Part shown: positions 51,036 to 59,220 of the stretch, piece by piece
Layout: every line of letters starts with the position of its first letter
How positions within the stretch are numbered: the stretch's first letter is position 1
NCBI GenBank assembly: GCA_963809815.1
Contig: CAWELM010000005.1
Location: 20,825-84,824, forward strand
Length of the DNA stretch: 64,000 bases
Direction: 5' to 3'
Source of the DNA: an uncultured Actinomycetota bacterium
GTDB lineage: Bacteria > Actinomycetota > Actinomycetes > Mycobacteriales > Jatrophihabitantaceae
Program-made: the position numbers and the translations under genes
Notes under the pieces: model-generated
Told to the model about the DNA's origin: nothing
Database searches by the model: none
The model's input: the letters and a program-made list of their open reading frames with translations, nothing else

Positions 51036-51075
51036 GTATGCATGATCCGTTGCCGGAGCCACGGATCATGCATAC
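51036..51075. repeat. 40-nt perfect hairpin (15-bp stem, 10-nt loop), copy 2 of the family seen at 19089
   Basis: gtatgcatgatccgt-tgccggagcc-acggatcatgcatac lies 22 nt after the glgP stop and 58 nt before the next gene. Confidence 0.75.
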
Positions 51076-51133
51076 AGAGCGGCGGGTGCGCGGCCGGAGC
51101 GAGCAGGTCGGCCCGGAGTGGGATGCTCGGGCC

Positions 51134-52012
51134 GTGACTGACCTCGGTGTGGTGTTCCGACCCGAGCTACCGCCCGAACAACTGCGAGCGGTAGCGTCCG
51201 CGGCCGAAGAGGCCGGGCTCGCCGAGTTGTGGCTATGGGAGGACTGCTTCAAAGAAGGCGGCATCGCGGCCGCGGCGGCCGCATTGGCGTGGACCGATCG
51301 GCTGCGGGTGGGCATCGGCTTGCTCCCTGTGCCGTTACGCAATGTGGCGCTGTGCGCGATGGAGATCGCGACGGTGGCCCGATTGTTTCCCGGTCGCTTC
51401 GAAGTCGGCGTCGGGCACGGTGTGCAGGATTGGATGGGGCAAGCGGGTGCTCGCGTGCGGTCCCCGCTGACCCTGCTCGGTGAGTACCTCACCGCCTTGC
51501 ACGGGTTGCTCGGTGGCGAGACGGTGACGGTAGACGGCCGGTATGTCCGGCTAACCGACGTTCGCCTCGATTGGCCGCCCACACCAGCACCCCGCCTGTT
51601 CAGTGGCGGATACGGGCGCCGCACGTTCGAGCTCATCGGGCGGATCGCGGACGGCGCCATCATCACCGGCGGAACGAGCCCGGAAGACCTGCAGGACACG
51701 CTTCGGCTCATCGACCAGACGCGGGTGGCCGCCGGCCGCGTCGGTGACTATCCCGTCACTGCGTATGTCATGGCGGCGACCGGCGCTGACGCCGACGATC
51801 GAGTGCGCCGTGCGCTCGCGCTGTCCGGCCTCAATGCAGGCCGCGAGGCCGCGGCAACCGGCGACGCGACTGCCATCGCGGCGGTCGTACGACGGTACGT
51901 CGCCGCCGGTGCGCACACCGTTGTGCTCGAGCCGACAGTCGACGAACCGGATGTTGTGGGATTCGTCCGGTTCGTTGGGCGGGAGGTCCAGCCATTGGTT
52001 AGAGCGGCTTGA
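51134..52012 (+). CDS. LLM-class (luciferase-like) F420-dependent oxidoreductase
   Basis: VFRPELPPEQLRAVASAAEEAGLAELWLWEDCF...GVGHG is typical of the LLM family. GTG 51134 was chosen; the longer ORF overlaps glgP. Confidence 0.8.
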   Translation: MTDLGVVFRPELPPEQLRAVASAAEEAGLAELWLWEDCFKEGGIAAAAAALAWTDRLRVGIGLLPVPLRNVALCAMEIATVARLFPGRFEVGVGHGVQDWMGQAGARVRSPLTLLGEYLTALHGLLGGETVTVDGRYVRLTDVRLDWPPTPAPRLFSGGYGRRTFELIGRIADGAIITGGTSPEDLQDTLRLIDQTRVAAGRVGDYPVTAYVMAATGADADDRVRRALALSGLNAGREAAATGDATAIAAVVRRYVAAGAHTVVLEPTVDEPDVVGFVRFVGREVQPLVRAA

Positions 52013-52452
52013 CCGGGTCGGAAGCCCGCCGGAGATTCGGGGCCGCCCGGATCGCCCGGCTGGCGACAGCCGACGGGGCGGGGATCCCCCATGTCGTACC
52101 GATCGTGTTCGCGGTGGACGGCGATCGCGTGTACTCCGCGGTGGATGCCAAACCGAAGCGCACCTGGGCCTTGCGCCGGCTGGCGAACATCACGGTCAAT
52201 CCAAACGTGGCCGTCCTCGTGGATCACTATGCCGACGACTGGTCGACGCTGTGGTGGGCGCGCGCCGACGGCACGGCTCGGGTGGTGAGTCCGGACGCCA
52301 GCGATGGGGAGCACGCGATCGCGCTGCTGACGGCCCGATACGCCCAATACGCGACCGATCCACCCGCCGGACCAGTCATTGTGATCGACGTCCAGCGATG
52401 GTCGGGTTGGTCCGCGACCCCGGTGTCCGCTGATGGCTCCGTCGTACAGTGA
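52009..52452 (+). CDS. PPOX-class (pyridoxamine 5'-phosphate oxidase-like) probable F420-dependent enzyme
   Basis: ARIARLATADGAGIPHVVPIVFAVDGDRVYSAVD...VLVDHYADDWSTLWW shows a split-barrel pattern. The TTG start overlaps the upstream stop (TTGA). Confidence 0.75.
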   Translation: MTGSEARRRFGAARIARLATADGAGIPHVVPIVFAVDGDRVYSAVDAKPKRTWALRRLANITVNPNVAVLVDHYADDWSTLWWARADGTARVVSPDASDGEHAIALLTARYAQYATDPPAGPVIVIDVQRWSGWSATPVSADGSVVQ

Positions 52453-52511
52453 AGCTGCGCTCACGGTTCTGGGTTGAGAATCGTATGTAGTCAGCAGCCG
52501 AGGTGAGAGCC

Positions 52512-55244
52512 ATGGACGTCGCGAAACCGCCGGTCTACAACAGCCTTTGGCAGCTGCGAGCAGACAGTTGGAGCGGCTTAGAGGAGGCCAGCGAGCGGCT
52601 GGCCGTTGCGGTGACGCAGGAGCGCCCCACCGAACATCTGGTCAAAGAAGTGGACCGTCTGCTCGATGTGCTCGCGCCGATGGAGGTCTACTGGGCCTTC
52701 CCCGGAGTGCAAACGTTTCAGCACGCGCGACGGCTGTTCGGCGCCGGGAAGCACGACCGCCTCGCCCGACTGATCGCAGGGATCAACCGCGCGTTGATCA
52801 CGGATTCCTACCGCAACGGCGGACAATGGTCGGCCGAGCACCTGGACCGCGAACCGCTGAACGGCGCCGACGGATTGAGCCCGGAGCACAATCGGGAAAC
52901 CCGTCCGTACTTCGAGGTACTGATCGTCGATGACATGACGGGCGCGCAGGAGCGTGCCTTGCGCGAGGACCTGCGGCGGCTTCGCCGGCGGGACGACGCG
53001 TTCGTCTATGAGGTCGTCGTCGTCCCCAGTTTCGAAGACGCCTCGATGGCTGTGCTACTGAACTTCAACCTGCAGGCCTGTGTGATTCGTCGGCGGTTCG
53101 TCCATCACTCGCGCCACGATCTGTCCCAGTTGGGCTCGTTCTTCGAGGAGCGCAGTGACCACCAGCTCGTAGACAGCCCGCCGGAGGAGCGGGCCCAGAT
53201 GCTCGCCCGCCGGATCGCCCGACTGCGGCCGGAGTTGGACCTCTATCTCATGACCGAAGTGTCGCTCGAGGAGACGGCCGGGCGGCTCAGCCATCACTAC
53301 CGGCGGGTGTTTCATGCCCGTGAAGGACTGCTCGAACTCCACCTCAGCATCTTGAAGGGCATCGAGGAGCGATACGACGCGCCGTTCTTCGAGGCGCTCC
53401 GCGACTACGCCCATCGCCCCACGGGCGTCTTCCACGCGCTGCCGATATCTCAAGGCAAGTCCGTCGTGAGCTCGCACTGGATCAGCGACATGGTGGACTT
53501 CTACGGGCTGGATATCTTCCTGGCCGAGACATCGGCGACCTGCGGTGGCCTGGATTCGCTGCTCGAGCCGACCGGATCCTTGCGGGACGCGCAAGAACTT
53601 GCCGCGATGACGTTCGGCGCGCGAAAGACATTCTTCGTTACCAACGGCACCTCGACGGCTAACAAGATCGTGGCTCAAGCGCTGTTACAGCCGGGCGACA
53701 TCGTGCTGGTCGACCGGAACTGTCATCAATCGCACCACTACGGCTTGATGATGTCCGGCGCGCATGTGACCTATTTGGACGCTTATCCGCTCAACCAGTA
53801 CTCGATGTACGGCGGCGTGCCGTTGCGCGAGATCAAGCGGGTGCTGCTCCAATTTCGCGCGACCGGCAAGTTGGACCGGGTGAAGATGCTGATGCTCACC
53901 AACAGCACCTTCGACGGCATCGTGTACGACGTGCAGCGCGTCATGCGGGAGTGTCTCGCGATTAAGCCGGATCTCATCTTCCTCTGGGACGAGGCGTGGT
54001 TCGCTTTCGCTCGGTTCCATCCGGTCTATCGACCCCGCACAGCCATGCGGGCGGCGCGGACGCTCATTGAGAAGCTGCGGTTGCCGTCGTATCGGGAGAA
54101 GTATTCGCGCTACGCCGAACGGCTCGCTGAGGAACGCCCGCCTGACGATGCGTTGCTGGATCGGGAGTTGCTGCCGGATCCGGCTCGCGCCCGGGTGCGG
54201 GTCTATGCCACCCAGTCGACCCACAAGACGCTGACCTCGCTGCGGCAAGGATCCATGATCCACGTCTACGACCAGGACTTCAGTCAGAAGGCAGAGGACA
54301 CGTTCCACGAGGCCTACATGGCCCACACCTCGACATCGCCGAACTACCAGATCCTGGCGTCGCTCGACCTGGGCCGGCGGCAGGGCGCCCTCGAGGGGTT
54401 CGAGCTGGTGCAAAAGCAGGTCGAGAACGCGATGCGGCTGCGGGACGCGATCGACTACCATCCGTTGCTCAGCAAGTACGTCCGTTGCCTCATCACCGCC
54501 GACATGATCCCGGAGGAGTTCCGGCCGAGCGGCGTCGATCAGCCCCTACGTTCGGGATTGCTGACGATGCATCAGGTTTGGAAACAGGACGAGTTCGTCC
54601 TCGACCCCTGCCGCATCACGCTGTATATCGGGCTCACCGGCGTCGATGGCGACACGTTCAAGCGTGATCACTTGATGGACCGGTATGGCGTGCAGATCAA
54701 CAAGACGTCGCGTAACACCGTCCTGTTCATGACGAACATCGGCACGACGCGTAGCTCGGTGGCGTACTTGATCGAGGTTCTGGTCACCCTGGTGCGCGAG
54801 CTGGTGGACCACGTCACGGACATGAGTCCGAGGCAGCGGGCTGACCATGAGCAGAAGGTCCTGTCGTTGACCAATCCCGCGGCCCCGCTGCCCAATTTCA
54901 GCGGATTCCACCCTAGCTTCCGACCGGGGGCGGATCTGGACACGCCCGAGGGCGATCTGCGCCGGGCCTTCTATGTGGCCTACGACGACGCACTCTGCGA
55001 ATTCCTCACACCGGACGAGGTGCAAGAGCGACTCGATGCGGGGACCGAGGTGGTTTCGGCCACCTTCATTACGCCTTATCCGCCTGGTTTCCCGGTTCTG
55101 GTCCCCGGGCAGCTGTTCAGTCAGGAGATCATGGCGTTCATGCGCTCGTTGGACACCAAGGAGGTCCATGGCTTGCGACCGGACCTGGGCTACCGCGTAT
55201 TCCTCGACAAAGCGATGGAGATAGCGGCACCTAACGGCGCGTAG
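52512..55244 (+). CDS. long-form Orn/Lys/Arg-type PLP-dependent amino-acid decarboxylase (fold type I) with wing domain and extra N-terminal region
   Basis: Contains the PLP-Lys motif TQSTHKTLTSLRQGSMIH, plus FHALPISQGKS, FVTNGTSTANK and TPYPPGFPVLVPG. A CheY-like wing (YFEVLIVDDM...) is preceded by about 130 additional residues. Confidence 0.85.
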   Translation: MDVAKPPVYNSLWQLRADSWSGLEEASERLAVAVTQERPTEHLVKEVDRLLDVLAPMEVYWAFPGVQTFQHARRLFGAGKHDRLARLIAGINRALITDSYRNGGQWSAEHLDREPLNGADGLSPEHNRETRPYFEVLIVDDMTGAQERALREDLRRLRRRDDAFVYEVVVVPSFEDASMAVLLNFNLQACVIRRRFVHHSRHDLSQLGSFFEERSDHQLVDSPPEERAQMLARRIARLRPELDLYLMTEVSLEETAGRLSHHYRRVFHAREGLLELHLSILKGIEERYDAPFFEALRDYAHRPTGVFHALPISQGKSVVSSHWISDMVDFYGLDIFLAETSATCGGLDSLLEPTGSLRDAQELAAMTFGARKTFFVTNGTSTANKIVAQALLQPGDIVLVDRNCHQSHHYGLMMSGAHVTYLDAYPLNQYSMYGGVPLREIKRVLLQFRATGKLDRVKMLMLTNSTFDGIVYDVQRVMRECLAIKPDLIFLWDEAWFAFARFHPVYRPRTAMRAARTLIEKLRLPSYREKYSRYAERLAEERPPDDALLDRELLPDPARARVRVYATQSTHKTLTSLRQGSMIHVYDQDFSQKAEDTFHEAYMAHTSTSPNYQILASLDLGRRQGALEGFELVQKQVENAMRLRDAIDYHPLLSKYVRCLITADMIPEEFRPSGVDQPLRSGLLTMHQVWKQDEFVLDPCRITLYIGLTGVDGDTFKRDHLMDRYGVQINKTSRNTVLFMTNIGTTRSSVAYLIEVLVTLVRELVDHVTDMSPRQRADHEQKVLSLTNPAAPLPNFSGFHPSFRPGADLDTPEGDLRRAFYVAYDDALCEFLTPDEVQERLDAGTEVVSATFITPYPPGFPVLVPGQLFSQEIMAFMRSLDTKEVHGLRPDLGYRVFLDKAMEIAAPNGA

Positions 55245-55345
55245 GCCTATAGGACGTATCACGTCGTCGCGTACGCGCCTCCAGTAGGTAACCTGGCTTG
55301 ATCTTGGCGGAGCATGATTGTGCCGACGTGGTTGGGGGAGATTTC

Positions 55346-55723
55346 GTGGTCGCCGAAGTCGATGTGTCTGTCGCGGAGGTGGGGGCCGACGCCGAGCAGC
55401 TCGAGGAACTCACCCGGGCTCTCCGGGAGGAGATCCTCACCCTTGATGTCGAGTCAGTCGTTCCCCGCTCCGGCGGCGAGGCTCCACCGGGAACGCGCGG
55501 GGTAGATGCGGCGGCTATCGGAGCGCTCGTTGTGTCCGTTGCGCCCGCGCTGGGTGCCTTAGCTCGTCTGGTCACGACCGTGGTGGACTGGCTGCGGCGC
55601 GGCGGGACCCAGCGGACCGTGCGCCTGAAGATCGGTGACGACGAGTTGGAGCTGTCCGGCGCTAGTTCGGCAATGCAGCAACAACTCGCTATGGACTGGA
55701 TCCGCGCGCACGCTCTGGAGTGA
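55346..55723 (+). CDS. EACC1-like small protein (effector-associated constant component-like)
   Basis: 125 aa from GTG 55346, with SD GGGGGAG 5 nt upstream. It has an acidic N-terminal third, a P/G linker, a hydrophobic A/V/L segment ending in DWLRR, then RTVRLKIGDDELELSG. It sits 6 nt upstream of the caspase gene. The ORF track opens at TTG 55298. Confidence 0.6.
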   Translation: MVAEVDVSVAEVGADAEQLEELTRALREEILTLDVESVVPRSGGEAPPGTRGVDAAAIGALVVSVAPALGALARLVTTVVDWLRRGGTQRTVRLKIGDDELELSGASSAMQQQLAMDWIRAHALE

Positions 55724-55729
55724 TGTGGG

Positions 55730-57943
55730 ATGGCTGGCGCGCGGCTCGCGCTTGTGGTTGCCAACGAGGACTATGCGGACGACGGTCTTCGCCGGCTGGC
55801 TGCGCCCGGTCGGGATGCTGACGCGCTGGCCGAGATCCTCGGCGATCGGTCCGTTGGCGGCTTCGACGTTCAGGTCTTGCGAAATGAGTCGGCCCAGCAG
55901 ATCAGGTTTGCGATCGAGGACTTCTTCGCCGACCGCAGTCCGACCGATCTCCTGCTCGTGCACTTCTCCTGCCATGGCGTGAAGAACGCGTCCGGGGAGT
56001 TGTTCCTAGCCGCAGCGGACACTCGCCCGACGCGGCTCGCTTCGACCGCAGTCGCCGCCGACTTCGTAAACCGTCAAATGGCTGACAGCCGCGCCCAACG
56101 CATCGCGTTGTTCCTCGATTGTTGCTACGGAGGCGCGTTTCCACGCGGCATGGTTGTGCGCGCGGCGCCAGCTGCACAGGTAGGCGACGCCTTTGCCGAT
56201 CAGCAAGATCTCGGTGGCGGGCGCGGCCGCGTGGTCGTCACAGCGTCGAGTGCGATGCAGTACGCCTTCGAGGGTGAGGAGCTCGCGCCCGACGCCGACG
56301 TCGGCACGTCGGTGTTCACCAAGGCGCTGGTCGACGGTCTCACTACCGGCGAAGCCGATCGGGACGGCGACGGGTGGGTGGGACTGACTGAGCTGTTCAG
56401 CTACGTCTCCGAACAGGTCCGGCAGGCCATACCCCAGCAAACGCCGCAGATGTGGACCTTCGGCGCGCAGGGCGACATGCATATCGCGCGGAGCCGTGTC
56501 CGTCGGGTAACACCCGCAGCGCTGCCGCCGGCCATCGTCGAGGCCATTGCCAGTCCGCTGCCGATGATGCGGTACGGCGCCGCCGACGAGCTACGGGATC
56601 GGCTGCACGGCGAGGACCTCCGCCAAGCGCTCGCCGCGTGGCAAGCGCTCGGCGCGATGGTCGAGGACGACAGCCGCAAGGTGGCCGAGACCGCCGAATC
56701 GGCGCTGGCGGCCGCCGCTTTGCGCGTTAATCCGCAGGTGCTCGACCTCGTCACCGTCGAGGATCACGCCGAGGGGGAACTCCTCCTTGACGGACCGCCA
56801 CTTGCGCTGTGTGCCACCGCGACGACCGCCGAGCGGTGGCTGCAGGTGGAACAGGACGGACCGCGGGTGCGGGTCAGTGCCGATCTTGCCGATGTGGAGC
56901 GACGTGACGGAGTAGTGGCGTTCTCCGGGCCGATCACGGAGCGGCTCGAGGTACCGGTAGTGGTCCGAACGTCGACCTCAGCCCAGCTACCCGAAGCGAA
57001 ACCGGCGACGACCTCACTGGCGCCGGCCTCAGATGTGGCCGGTCGAGCGGCGGCCGTCCCAGCAGCAGTCATCGAGCGCCAAGAGGCTCGGGAGGAGTCG
57101 GCCGGTCCGCCGGAGCGCGGGTTATTTGATGGACCGAGGCTCGGCCCGCGTGGCCTATTGCTCCTGCTCGTCGACCTGATTCTGCTCGTCCTGGGCGGGA
57201 TCATCGCCGCCGGCGGGGACCTCGATGCGTCGGTCGGCGTCATACCGGCCGCAAGCGCCGTGGTGATCGTCACCTGCCTGATCATGCGGCGCCTACCGTT
57301 TGCCCTGTCAGCCGTACTTGCGATCGCCGCGGTTGCTCTCGTGTGCGAGGCGCTCGCGCTGCCGAAGCACGAGGATTACTGGAACGCGAACGAGAACATC
57401 AGCGGGCTTCCGGCATTTGTCGTATGCGTAATCCTCTTCGCTGCGCTGACGCTGGTTGTGCTCCTGACGTACCGGTCCGGCCCCGAGGAGGGGCGCGCCG
57501 GACATGAGCTTCGGTCCACCGGGATTGTCCTGAGCATTGTGATCGCCCTGGCGGCCGTGGTCAGCGTCTCATTTGTGCATCTCATGGATCGGACATGGTG
57601 TAACCAAAATGGCGAGAGCACGTGTCGCAGCTTTGCACTCGGGTTCGAGGCCCCGGTACTGGTTGCCCACGTGATTCCGTTCGTCGCGGTGATCATCGTG
57701 CTGCTCTACGCGACGTGGACTGGGCGACGGCGGCTCGCGTCGGGTGCCGCCGTGGCGAGCGCGTTCCTCTGCGTCGTGACCGCCTGGGTCGATCTGGCCA
57801 TGTTCTATACGTTCCCGAGCGATCCCGGCACCGACGTCAACCGGCTGGTGTCCTACGCGGTTGGTGCCCTCCTCCTTGCGGCCTTTGTCGCCGGCATCTC
57901 CGCAGTGAAACCCAACTGGGTCAAGACGTTGATGACGCGTTGA
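55730..57943 (+). CDS. caspase-like (peptidase C14) protease fused to HEAT-like region, beta-rich domain and 8-TM C-terminal domain
   Basis: ALVVANEDY; catalytic His in LLLVHFSCHG (His82); catalytic Cys in IALFLDCCYGG (Cys131/132); DRDGDGWVGLTELFSYV. About 8 hydrophobic helices span aa 475-726. Confidence 0.8.
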   Translation: MAGARLALVVANEDYADDGLRRLAAPGRDADALAEILGDRSVGGFDVQVLRNESAQQIRFAIEDFFADRSPTDLLLVHFSCHGVKNASGELFLAAADTRPTRLASTAVAADFVNRQMADSRAQRIALFLDCCYGGAFPRGMVVRAAPAAQVGDAFADQQDLGGGRGRVVVTASSAMQYAFEGEELAPDADVGTSVFTKALVDGLTTGEADRDGDGWVGLTELFSYVSEQVRQAIPQQTPQMWTFGAQGDMHIARSRVRRVTPAALPPAIVEAIASPLPMMRYGAADELRDRLHGEDLRQALAAWQALGAMVEDDSRKVAETAESALAAAALRVNPQVLDLVTVEDHAEGELLLDGPPLALCATATTAERWLQVEQDGPRVRVSADLADVERRDGVVAFSGPITERLEVPVVVRTSTSAQLPEAKPATTSLAPASDVAGRAAAVPAAVIERQEAREESAGPPERGLFDGPRLGPRGLLLLLVDLILLVLGGIIAAGGDLDASVGVIPAASAVVIVTCLIMRRLPFALSAVLAIAAVALVCEALALPKHEDYWNANENISGLPAFVVCVILFAALTLVVLLTYRSGPEEGRAGHELRSTGIVLSIVIALAAVVSVSFVHLMDRTWCNQNGESTCRSFALGFEAPVLVAHVIPFVAVIIVLLYATWTGRRRLASGAAVASAFLCVVTAWVDLAMFYTFPSDPGTDVNRLVSYAVGALLLAAFVAGISAVKPNWVKTLMTR

Positions 57944-58360
57944 ATGCATCCGCTGGCCTACGGTGAAGTCGTGGCCTCGTGGGACGACGTGCGCACGATA
58001 ACGTCGACGCTGCCGGAGACGTCCGAGGGCGGCCAGTACGGCAACGCCGGTTGGCGGGTCAAGGACAAGAGCCTGGCGTGGGAGCGACCTTTGCGCCGCT
58101 CCGACCTCGAGGCGCTCGGACCGGACGCACCCGGCGGCCCGATTCTCGCCGTACGCGTGGCCGATATCGGCGTCAAGGACGCGCTCGTCGCTGACGACCC
58201 GGACGTGTACTTCACGACGCCGCACTTCAACGGATACCCCGCCGTCCTTGTCTGTCTGGACCGGATCGACGTGGCCGAGCTTCGGGAATTGCTCGTGGAG
58301 GCATGGCTGGCCCGCGCGCCGAAGCGGCTGGCCCAGGCCTACCTCGACGCGCAGCCGTGA
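57944..58360 (+). CDS. MmcQ/YjbR-family protein
   Basis: WDDVRTITSTLPETSEG..YGNAGWRVKDKSLAWERP...TTPHFNGYPAVLV follows the YjbR pattern as I recall it. The ATG directly abuts the caspase stop (TGAATG). Confidence 0.65.
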   Translation: MHPLAYGEVVASWDDVRTITSTLPETSEGGQYGNAGWRVKDKSLAWERPLRRSDLEALGPDAPGGPILAVRVADIGVKDALVADDPDVYFTTPHFNGYPAVLVCLDRIDVAELRELLVEAWLARAPKRLAQAYLDAQP

Positions 58361-59187
58361 AAGAGGTGACGCGGACCAGGATCACGTCCTCACCGCGGGA
58401 GAGTGTCCTCGGCGACCTTCCATGCCTGGTGATGGGCAGCGGGCCGCCACTAGCACTGTTGGGCGGCCTGACCCCCGAGAACGGGCTCCCGGTCGGGCTT
58501 GCTCGGTGGCTCGAGGTCCAGACGATGACCCCGTTCGTCCACGACTTCGAGGTCTACTGGGTCGCGCGCCGCCGTGGTTTGGCGAAGGGGACGACCATGG
58601 GGGACCTGGCTGCCGAGGTCGCCGATGCACTGGCGGCACAATTCACGCAACCCGTCGACGTACTCGGCATCTCGACGGGTGGCAGCATCGCCCAGCAACT
58701 CGCCGCTGATCATCCATCGAGGGTGCGTCGCTTGGCGTTAGTCAGTGCGGCCTGCCGGCTGGAGAACACCGGCCGACGATTTCAGCAAGAGATGGCCGCG
58801 CTCGCGCACGACGGGGCCCGTCGCGAAGTGTTCGCGCGGTTCGCCCGCGACCTGGTCCCGCCGCGGCGAGGTCGGGCCGCGGCCGGAGCGACGATGGCAT
58901 GGTTGGGCCCACGGCTTTATCCGCACGCCGGCGACCTCGGCGATCTGGCGGTCACCCTGGCGGCCGAGGACGCCTTCGACCTGCGCGAGCTTGCGCCGAT
59001 CCAGGCGCCGACGTTGATCGTGGCCGGCGGCCAGGATCGTTTCTATCCACAGGCCTTGTTCGCCGAGACCGCACGCCTCATCCCGGACGCGACGCTCGCG
59101 ATCTACCCGCGGCGCGGCCACATCACGGTGGTCAGCGACCCGGACGCGCAGGCCGTCATCATCAAGTTCTTGCGAGCCGGGCGCTAA
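58357..59187 (+). CDS. alpha/beta-fold hydrolase
   Basis: The nucleophile elbow is GISTGGSIA. C-terminal GGQDRFYP...RGH supplies His. The GTG overlaps the YjbR stop (GTGA). Confidence 0.8.
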   Translation: MKEVTRTRITSSPRESVLGDLPCLVMGSGPPLALLGGLTPENGLPVGLARWLEVQTMTPFVHDFEVYWVARRRGLAKGTTMGDLAAEVADALAAQFTQPVDVLGISTGGSIAQQLAADHPSRVRRLALVSAACRLENTGRRFQQEMAALAHDGARREVFARFARDLVPPRRGRAAAGATMAWLGPRLYPHAGDLGDLAVTLAAEDAFDLRELAPIQAPTLIVAGGQDRFYPQALFAETARLIPDATLAIYPRRGHITVVSDPDAQAVIIKFLRAGR

Positions 59188-59220
59188 GTAAACCAGCATC
59201 GCCGCGGGAGACTGCTCAGC

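Noticed and set aside
50654-51133. Long upstream extension of the F420-type oxidoreductase ORF (452-aa version)
   Set aside because: It overlaps the 3' end of glgP in another frame and runs across the 51036 hairpin. The LLM-family similarity begins at VTDLGVVFRPE (GTG 51134).
55247-55262. 8-mer TAGGACGT shared between the region upstream of the EACC1-like gene and the icmA palindrome (36304)
   Set aside because: A single 8-nt match in 64 kb on two strands is within chance expectation. The second site is not a full palindrome of the same sequence.
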